Source of the DNA: a bacterium
Lineage (GTDB): Bacteria > Hinthialibacterota > Hinthialibacteria > Hinthialibacterales > Hinthialibacteraceae
Reading direction: 5' to 3'
Assembly: GCA_963662285.2 (NCBI GenBank)
Contig: CAXXMV010000003.1
Coordinates: 320,001 to 384,000, forward strand
DNA: 64,000 nucleotides
The notes under the pieces are model-generated. The model saw only the letters and a list, made by a program, of their open reading frames with translations. It was not told the origin of the DNA and ran no database searches. A program made the position numbers and the translations under genes. This document shows positions 52,601-59,460 of the stretch, piece after piece; position 1 is the first letter of the stretch, and the number at the start of each line of letters is the position of its first letter.

Positions 52601-52843
52601 CACGCCGCCATAACCTTGCGCCTTGAATTCATCTAACTGCGAGGCGAGTTCTTCTTCCTGCATGTCATCATTCCAGACGTACAAAGGCGCTGGACGATAG
52701 GCCGCTGGAGGATCCATGAAATGCTCGCCAACATCGTTGATCTTGCTGATGCGCAATTCTGCAGGATTCTCTGCGCTGAATCCAATACCCGAAACGAAGA
52801 AAAGCATAATGAACAATAAACAACTTCTCCTACCAAATTTCAT
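49682..52843 (-). CDS. GH106-like glycoside hydrolase (second, divergent type)
   Basis: GAGG RBS before ATG 52843, signal peptide; RPAPLYVWN, GGVFVHPRPGL, IYDENSYPSGFAGG, FTDEP, PGIDCL, CETYG. Confidence 0.8.
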   Translation of the reverse strand: MKFGRRSCLLFIMLFFVSGIGFSAENPAELRISKINDVGEHFMDPPAAYRPAPLYVWNDDMQEEELASQLDEFKAQGYGGVFVHPRPGLITPYLSERWLEMWRFTADESKKRGMVTYIYDENSYPSGFAGGHVPENLPNVQQASLNRKQYSADQMDQISVSANTEGLYRIVDEQNGEYERVALPEITQGEKSAKDLGLKSGSYIQYDIRFSQNAPWYGNRTYVDLMNPKVADEFIKVTLGAYDSALSDLYGNQVLACFTDEPQVAGCWSPVLAKAFEKRWGYDILDHLPSIHADLGDWRKIRHDYAVTILDLFMNNFAKPYYEACEKRGLPTTGHIWEHGWPNASHNPDVMSYNSWQHWPGIDCLMNQYSEGPGAQFGNYRASKEISSIANQFGRVRKLCETYGAGGWELTIEDMKRIGDFLYVGGINLMNPHLSYYTIRGARKRDHPQSFSYHAPYWEAYHISMDYFGRLSWALSAGKERNPILVIEPTTSGWPYNWSATQGDALNKLGVEFQKYSTDLASDHVSYDLGSEPVMADHAKVKGKNLVIGECKYQVVVLPPGLDNLESATIKLLNKFAKNGGTIISYVGTPPYVDGQEDDAAQEIKKIAGKRWIEKISNQQLKEDWGNPKVTVNSKSPSGERVFHYLRELDDANILFVTNTSITHNADVEMNAQGRLVEEWNLVDGTIHTVDFTQGKKDAKASINWSAKLYPAGSAMYVIYPKKKGHTDAIAKIEYSTKPLKAVGDLSIAMQQENALPLDYVDLVLNGETTEGLYFYQAQNKIYKAHGFNGNPWDSAVQFKDELIKKDKFPKDSGFELRYPFVIGDFSSSSDLKLVVERGDRYQVKINGAIIEPEKDQWWLDHFFNVYILKSDQLKKGRNVITTIASPFTLHHEPESVYLVGDFNLKSAVKGWSIEKPSQLELGSWAKQGKPHYAHQVSYTQKFQCDGQSKAHYVALDEWEGTAARVDVNGETAGYIGWQPWQLDISDQMKSGENTITVTVFGSLKNLLGPYHNGSGRGAAWPGMFRNGPKEGQPSGEKYDVMDYGLYKPFKVY

Positions 52844-52928
52844 AATATTTACCTCATCTATATTTGTAACAGTTAAGCCGTACAAAGCCACGATATGGCG
52901 CTTCAATTGGCAATACTATTACTTTTAT

Positions 52929-54074
52929 TTAATAAGCCCGGTATTTTTTAGCTGCATCCCATAATGCAATTATATTTTCCATCGGTACATCGGCCTGAGT
53001 ATTGTGAACTGTGTTGAAGACGTATCCACCTCCAGGTTTGAATATTTCCATCAGCTGTTTGACCTGCTCATCAACCTCTTGCGGCGTTCCACGGCTGAAA
53101 ACTTTTTGCGAATCAATGCCGCCTCCCCAGAAGACTAACTCTTTGCCATACTTCTCTTTCAGTGCAGCCGGATCCATATCAGTAGCGTTGATCTGAACTG
53201 GATTCAAAATATCTATCCCGTTATCGATTAAATCAGGGATTAATTTATTGAGCGAGCCGCATGAGTGATACCACAGTTTAGCACCGGTTTTTTTATGGAT
53301 GAAATCATATAACGCCTTGTGATATGGTTTTACCAGTTTTTGATATAACTTAGGAGAAAATAATGGTCCGGTCTGCATGGCCAGATCATCGCCCACGCTG
53401 AGAATATGCAGGCATCCGCCGACTTCATCTAAAAAAACATCCAGGTAATCAGTCCAATATTGCAGGGTATGTTCGAGCAGTTTTTCTACATATTTCGGTT
53501 GTTCGATCATATCCATGTAAAGGTTCTCGAATCCACGCATATACCAGCATATCTCAAAAACAACGCCGGTTATGCCGCTGATCAAGGCGTAATCGGTCTC
53601 TTCGGTTAATCTTTTTGTGTATTCCCGCAGACCTTTGAATGGCGCAGGATCTTTGCCATCAGGCCATTCATAGTGATCCAAATCTTCATAAGACATATTT
53701 GCGAGGGGATGATGGATTATATCGCAATAAAAACCTTCTCCCGGCTTTTGCCCCGGCATGGCCCAGGTTACGCCGAAACCATCAGTAATTCCCCAATATC
53801 CTTTTTTGACTTCTGTAAGTTCCGGGGTAGGGCAGAACATCCCCGGACGGATGTACCGCGTATCAATATCTAATAGTTCAAGCACCTTTTCACTGGGCGC
53901 CGCCAGTTGCTGAACTATATCCATAATCTGGATATCTTCATCCAGACCGTAATGATCCAGAATTTTCTGATATGCTATGTGATGGATTCCGGTTTGGTTG
54001 CCTCCCATATCCAGAGGAACTTTATCGGAAATCTTATGATTAAGCGCAGCAATCATGCGTTCTCGTGAATTCAT
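52929..54074 (-). CDS. Uroporphyrinogen decarboxylase / MtaA-CmuA methyltransferase family protein
   Basis: MNSRER, MRGFENLYMD, GDDLAMQ, YHSCG, LNPVQ, FWGGGIDSQ, PGGGYVFNTVHN. Confidence 0.9.
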   Translation of the reverse strand: MNSRERMIAALNHKISDKVPLDMGGNQTGIHHIAYQKILDHYGLDEDIQIMDIVQQLAAPSEKVLELLDIDTRYIRPGMFCPTPELTEVKKGYWGITDGFGVTWAMPGQKPGEGFYCDIIHHPLANMSYEDLDHYEWPDGKDPAPFKGLREYTKRLTEETDYALISGITGVVFEICWYMRGFENLYMDMIEQPKYVEKLLEHTLQYWTDYLDVFLDEVGGCLHILSVGDDLAMQTGPLFSPKLYQKLVKPYHKALYDFIHKKTGAKLWYHSCGSLNKLIPDLIDNGIDILNPVQINATDMDPAALKEKYGKELVFWGGGIDSQKVFSRGTPQEVDEQVKQLMEIFKPGGGYVFNTVHNTQADVPMENIIALWDAAKKYRAY

Positions 54075-54229
54075 TTGATATCCTTAATAATTTCTGAGAT
54101 ATTGAGATTATCTCAGAAAATGATGTTATAGGTCAATGGATAGAGATGAAGAGAACTATACGAAATCTATTACATCTGATTTAATTACATAAGCAGCGCA
54201 AACTAAAACATGAGGCTAACAGATATTTT

Positions 54230-55816
54230 ATGTACATCTTCAAAAAAATTAGAGACTTTTATCATACCGGTGAGGATCAACCCTTACTAACTGATTCAGC
54301 AGAGACCACCAGGGTCTATGAGAAGAAAAGGCGCAGTATTTTTATCGCCCTGGTTTTTGGATACAGTTTTTACTATGTGTGCCGCTTGAGCATTTCGGTA
54401 GTCAAACAGCCCATGTTTGACGCCGGCATCCTTACCCCTGAGCAGATGGGCAAGATTGGCTTCGCCCTGTTTATCGTTTATGCTTTCGGAAAATGCATCA
54501 ACGGTTTCATAGCGGATCACAGTAATATCCGAAAATTCCTATCAACCGGATTGCTGCTTTCAGCCCTGCTCAATCTGGCCTTTGGTTTTACCACTTCATT
54601 CGTATGCTTCGTTTTAATCTGGGGATTGAACGGTTGGTTCCAATCGATGGGATGCGCCCCGTGCGTGGTCTCCATGTCGCAATGGTTCAGCAACCGGGAG
54701 CGGGGAACCCGTTATGGTTTGTGGAGTGCGGCGCATAGCATCGGTGAAGGATTATCCTTTATATGTACGGCGGTGTTGGTATCTTATTTCGGTTGGCGCT
54801 GGGGATTCTGGGGAGCGGGTGGAATTTCTATTATTGCTGTAATACTTATGTATTTCATGACTGCTGACCGTCCGCAAACTTATGGTCTGCCAAACATATC
54901 CGATTATAAAAACGACCATTCACAGGAAAAAGAAGATAAACCCCTACCCATAAAAGAGGCTCAGCTGGAAGTGTTGAAGAACCCCTACGTTTGGATACTT
55001 GGCATCAGCAGCGCATTCATGTATGTGGCGCGTTACGGCGTTAACGGCTGGGGCGTTCCCTATTTGCAATCAGCCAAGGATTACTCGCTGATCTCCGCCG
55101 CTTTTATACTGGGCTGGGCCAAGATGATCGAGACATGCGGCGCCGTCAGTTCAGGATTCGTCTCTGACTACTTATTTAAGTCGCGGCGTAATGTTGTCAC
55201 TTTGACCTATGGTTTGATTGAAATATCTGGATTGGTGATCCTGTTGATGGCGCCTTCCACCCTGTTATTTACTCTGGATCAATCATATAACCAGTATTTG
55301 CAAGAGGGCGCCATAGCGGAAGAACTGAGCTCGGCCTTCTCTGAAAATCAAATTGAACTGCCGCCGAATATCAGCCTCGATTCATTCGTTTTAAAAGAGA
55401 CTACAACCTGGGTAGCCCATAGCGATAAGTGGTATCAGTGGTTGCAGAACTACTGCATCGAAGATGACGGAACGCAATTGAAGATATGCTCCCGTTATCA
55501 TCCATTGCATATACTGGGCATATCTTTATTCGGCTTTGGTTTGGGAGGATTGCTGGTATTTTTAGGCGGCTTGATCGCCGTCGATATCTGCTCGAAACGG
55601 GCTACCGGCGCCGCTATGGGAATAGTGGGCATGTTCAGTTACCTGGGCGCCGCTATTCAAGACTGGGTAAGCGGTAGTTTAGTGGGCATGACTGCGGTCA
55701 CGGTTGGAGATAAGGACGTCTATAGTTATGAATACGCCTTTTACTTCTGGCTGGCTTCAGCAACGATCGCTGTAGCGCTTTCTTCGACTTTGTGGAATGT
55801 GAAAGCTAAGACTTGA
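54230..55816 (+). CDS. MFS transporter, organophosphate:Pi antiporter (GlpT/UhpC) family, with inserted domain
   Basis: GYSFYYVCR, YAFGK, LNGWFQSMG, WFSNRERGT..WSAAHSIG; about 80 extra residues in a C-terminal-half loop. Confidence 0.9.
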   Translation: MYIFKKIRDFYHTGEDQPLLTDSAETTRVYEKKRRSIFIALVFGYSFYYVCRLSISVVKQPMFDAGILTPEQMGKIGFALFIVYAFGKCINGFIADHSNIRKFLSTGLLLSALLNLAFGFTTSFVCFVLIWGLNGWFQSMGCAPCVVSMSQWFSNRERGTRYGLWSAAHSIGEGLSFICTAVLVSYFGWRWGFWGAGGISIIAVILMYFMTADRPQTYGLPNISDYKNDHSQEKEDKPLPIKEAQLEVLKNPYVWILGISSAFMYVARYGVNGWGVPYLQSAKDYSLISAAFILGWAKMIETCGAVSSGFVSDYLFKSRRNVVTLTYGLIEISGLVILLMAPSTLLFTLDQSYNQYLQEGAIAEELSSAFSENQIELPPNISLDSFVLKETTTWVAHSDKWYQWLQNYCIEDDGTQLKICSRYHPLHILGISLFGFGLGGLLVFLGGLIAVDICSKRATGAAMGIVGMFSYLGAAIQDWVSGSLVGMTAVTVGDKDVYSYEYAFYFWLASATIAVALSSTLWNVKAKT

Positions 55817-55873
55817 TTCTTTCCTTCTCCCGGGGTCTGTACACATTGTTGTGTGATAGTGGGTAGTGGATAG

Positions 55874-56238
55874 TGGGGAGCATCGGCTTCTAGCCGGTGT
55901 GTCAATCCCTTTTTAACCGGAGTGGTTATATTGACGAATAACTTTTCAAGCGCTTGGGTTATGCATCCCTCTCCCAAGATTGGGAGAGGCTAGGTGAGGG
56001 TTGATAATAGGCGCTCTCGCAAATAAATCTCCATTATAGTTATTTCACTTTCCTGGTGATTTGGAGAAATTAATAAGATAAACTTTTCTGACTTATCGAA
56101 TGATATCCAAGGTTTGGAATTACTAATGTCGTCAGGAGGATATTGTATGTGAGGAAGGATTCTACGAGACATTCGGAATTGGTTAGGCTGGTTTATAGGT
56201 TTATTTGACGCACACCGGCTGGAAGCCGATGCTCCCCA
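55874..56238. mobile_element. REP-flanked relic, probably a deleted RAYT (IS200-like) element
   Basis: About 32-bp inverted ends tggggagcatcggcttc(t/c)agccggtgtg; minus-strand fragments SRRILPHIQ and TPVKKGL inside. Confidence 0.5.
55966..56004. repeat. REP-like element
   Basis: tccctctcccaagattgggagaggctaggtgagggttga, near-identical to 5715-5754. Confidence 0.8.
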
Positions 56239-56383
56239 GTCTATGATGCTCCCCAGTCTATGATATTACCCGTTTCATTCTCATCTCCTGATCTTTGTAT
56301 GGAGATTAGCCCGGCGGGATAGGGAACTTAGTTGACCGAAATTTATGGTTGGTAAGAGGACTAATGATATAAAGGAACTGATA

Positions 56384-57259
56384 ATGACAAACTGTGATAT
56401 TTTAGTAATAGGACATGTATCCAAGGATATAATTATTACCCCGACGGATGAGGCGTCCCTGCTGGGCGGCGCGGTTATCTACGCCGCTATCAACTTACAA
56501 AAACTAGGCGCCAAGGTTATTGCGCTGACCAAAGTTAATAACAGCGAAACTCATTTATTGGATGTTTTCAAGCAGCATGGAGTCCCTATCCATTGCAGCG
56601 ATACAGCCCAGACTACCTCGATACGCAATACCTACCACACCGCTGACCGCGAAAGAAGAACCTGTCAGGCCATAGCCGTAGGCGATCCTTTCACCCTGCA
56701 AGACATCCCTGCTGACATTGAACCGGATTGCTTTTACTTCGGCGGCCTCATCAAAGGCGAGTTCAGCGAAGAATTGGTGATTGCCTTGTCGAAGAAAGGT
56801 AAGACGGCGGTCGACGCTCAAGCCTGGCTGCGAGCCAATGATAACGGCGAGTTGGTCTTTACCGATTGGGATAAAAAGCGCGAAACCATTCCCCATTGCC
56901 ACTATTTCAAGACCGACGCAGCAGAGGCTGAAATCATAACCGGCATCAGCGATAGGGTGGCAGCTGCCAAAAAGATCAATGAATGGGGCGCCAGGGAAGT
57001 TATGCTAACCCATAACAGCGAGGTCATGATCTGCGCTGAAGGCAAAATCATCACATATCCATTCACCAGCCAAAAATTGGATGGCCGCACCGGACGGGGC
57101 GATACATGCTTCTCCACCTATTGCTATTGGCGTATGAAACACTCACCGGAAGAATCATGCTTATGGGCGGCGGCTCTAACCTCACTTAAGATGGAGACTC
57201 CAGGGCCGTTCACCGGATCGATTGAAGATGTGCAGAATATTATTAAAGAACGATATTAG
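56384..57259 (+). CDS. PfkB family carbohydrate kinase
   Basis: IGHVSKD, LGGAVIYA, VDAQ, GRTGRGDT; AAGGA RBS before ATG 56384. Confidence 0.88.
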   Translation: MTNCDILVIGHVSKDIIITPTDEASLLGGAVIYAAINLQKLGAKVIALTKVNNSETHLLDVFKQHGVPIHCSDTAQTTSIRNTYHTADRERRTCQAIAVGDPFTLQDIPADIEPDCFYFGGLIKGEFSEELVIALSKKGKTAVDAQAWLRANDNGELVFTDWDKKRETIPHCHYFKTDAAEAEIITGISDRVAAAKKINEWGAREVMLTHNSEVMICAEGKIITYPFTSQKLDGRTGRGDTCFSTYCYWRMKHSPEESCLWAAALTSLKMETPGPFTGSIEDVQNIIKERY

Positions 57260-57291
57260 ACTAAACAATCCTGTTGAGGAGGAAATGAGTT

Positions 57292-58080
57292 ATGCGCGTA
57301 CACCGACGTTCTTTTTTTCAATTAGCAAGTTTGGGCGCCTTATCTTCTGTAGTTCCTAAAACGTCACATTCCGGAGTGGGCGCAACTGCAATAGCAGATA
57401 AGACATCCTATATGAGGCGCGTTACATCCGCGCTTAAACAACAATGGCCCAATAACCGTCTGATCAATATTGTATGTCATGGACATAGCGTGCCCGCCGG
57501 ATTTTTCAAGACTCCGGTGGTTGACACTTTCAACGCCTATCCCCATCTGCTGCACCGCGCAATTAAGAACGTCTATCCCTATTGCGTCAGTAATGTGATT
57601 GTCACCGCAATCGGCGGCGAGAATTCACAGAGCGGTGCGTCACGATTCGAAAGCCAGGTGTTATGCCACCTTCCTGATGTGGTTACTATCGATTACGCAT
57701 TGAATGACCGGGGCATAGGTCTTGCAGCAGCCAGAACAGCATGGGTATCCATGATAGAGAAGGCGAAAACCGTCAGAGGATTAAGCGTCATTCTTCTAAC
57801 GCCCACGCCTGACGAAGCGCATATCCCCGATGATCCCAACGAACCCATAAATCAACATGCCGCGCAAATCCGCTCATTGGCCGAAGAATTTGAAGTGGGA
57901 TTAGTGGATAGCCTAGCTGGATTTGATCTGATCCAAAAAGAGACGGGCGATGTAACGGCTCTGCTTTCGCAGATTAATCACCCCAACCGTAAGGGACATG
58001 ATATTGTAGCCAAGGAATTATTCAGCTGGTTTTCTGATGAACCTTATCAAGCAGCGATTGATGATTGGGATGTTCATTAA
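57292..58080 (+). CDS. Tat-exported SGNH/GDSL hydrolase with AAIDDWDVH tail
   Basis: HRRSFF Tat motif; GHSV, AIGGENS, YALND and NHPN..GH blocks. Confidence 0.88.
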   Translation: MRVHRRSFFQLASLGALSSVVPKTSHSGVGATAIADKTSYMRRVTSALKQQWPNNRLINIVCHGHSVPAGFFKTPVVDTFNAYPHLLHRAIKNVYPYCVSNVIVTAIGGENSQSGASRFESQVLCHLPDVVTIDYALNDRGIGLAAARTAWVSMIEKAKTVRGLSVILLTPTPDEAHIPDDPNEPINQHAAQIRSLAEEFEVGLVDSLAGFDLIQKETGDVTALLSQINHPNRKGHDIVAKELFSWFSDEPYQAAIDDWDVH

Positions 58081-58271
58081 TCATCATTTTTATATACTGA
58101 TGACCATTGTTTATCCTGGATACATAGACTTTTGAGTGCAAATAAACAATATGTAGCATAATATTTTGTTTATGCTAATCTCAAGTTACTTTCATATCGT
58201 ATCTATAGTGAATTAGACATGATAGATAGGTAAATGATGTAAAGGTTTTTGAAGTGCGCCGGAATGGCTGT

Positions 58272-58386
58272 AATTGACAATGCTCACTAAATGCTTCTGC
58301 TTTTCTGTTAATAAGTCCGGTTCTTCTTATGAAAAATCAAAAAGATACCCTATAATTCTTCCTCTTATTTGCGATAGTAATTTCAC
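58272..58386 (-). pseudogene. Possible transposase N-terminal remnant
   Basis: AGGA RBS then VKLLSQIRGRIIGYLFDFS*EEPDLLTEKQKHLVSIV, resembling LSQ.W..IQ..LF..LEEE...LTEKQ..LV starts of IS5/IS1182-like transposases; in-frame TAA. Confidence 0.4.
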
Positions 58387-58852
58387 AAAGTCTTTCCTTT
58401 CTATTTGTTTCTGCTTGCTTTACGATAGATTAGTAAGGGCTTCTCTTCAATTTAAACAAGCAAAATTTTTTTAAAAACTGCCTTTTTTGTATTTTGCAAG
58501 AGGCTAATGAGTTTGAAAAGTTGAGAAATATTTAAACTCAAGATAAAATCTATGTTCCTTTTCCAATACTTACTTATAGTTGATAAATTTAGTATAGTTT
58601 GATTAAAAAGCAATGCGCTTTCAGTAAAATAGCAAGATAATAACAAAAATACAACTACGCAGGGTGTTTGTTTAAATTATATTTCATAATGATTATTATT
58701 ATATAAAATTATTTTTGAATATTTAAAAATAATGTTGCAAATACCACGACTGCCCTTACATAAATTTTATTCAATAATTAAATATATCTATAATTGCATC
58801 TAGTGTCTAAATAAAACACTATTGAGTGCTACTAAAAATCAGGAGGAATGCA

Positions 58853-59083
58853 ATGAGTGAAAAACCGGTTTATGAATTTACTGTAGAGGATGCTGTGTCC
58901 GGGATTACGATTAGTCCCAGTGAAGGTTCAATTTCATTGAATATGCCAAATGGTCAGAGAAACGACATCCCTCTCTTTAACGGAGATAAAACAAAAAAAC
59001 CTGGGATGCTCTGGATCGCTTTGCAATTCGATGAAAAGAATATTAACCAGTTGGACGTATCATTTGATAATCAAGTATTATAG
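58853..59083 (+). CDS. 76-aa hypothetical protein
   Basis: Strong AGGAGG RBS before ATG 58853; no recognised motif. Confidence 0.6.
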   Translation: MSEKPVYEFTVEDAVSGITISPSEGSISLNMPNGQRNDIPLFNGDKTKKPGMLWIALQFDEKNINQLDVSFDNQVL

Positions 59084-59189
59084 TAATATTTTGGTTCGTT
59101 ATCTTTCGTCATTTGAGGGATGGTTTTTTGAATGGCTAGATCATAAATAGATAAATCAATTAGCCATTTTTGCTGTTCTTTATCTTTGT

Positions 59190-59248
59190 GACTAACGATA
59201 CGGATCAGGCGCGGCTTTTTTTGCCGTCGCCTGCATCCGGAATTTTAT
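59190..59248 (-). other. Integron attC-like site (degenerate R'' box)
   Basis: Minus strand cggatGcaggcgAcggc-A7-gccgcgcctgatccg-tatc-GTTAGTC: stem with two extrahelical bases on the first arm and a GTT core. Confidence 0.55.
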
Positions 59249-59460
59249 TTTTTGATTATACGTAAAACTTGATTACACTCTCGCCCCTCTCCAGATTACC
59301 AAGTTATTATTGAACTTTTAATTACTCTTGTGTTGCTTGCTTAATCAATATGCTTTATCCCATGGTGTAAGCAGGATAATCATAAAAAATACCTATTTAC
59401 AATTGTTATCGTCAATATAAGTAGACGTTTTAAGAGTGTTCTCTGTTTTTAGAGAATCCC

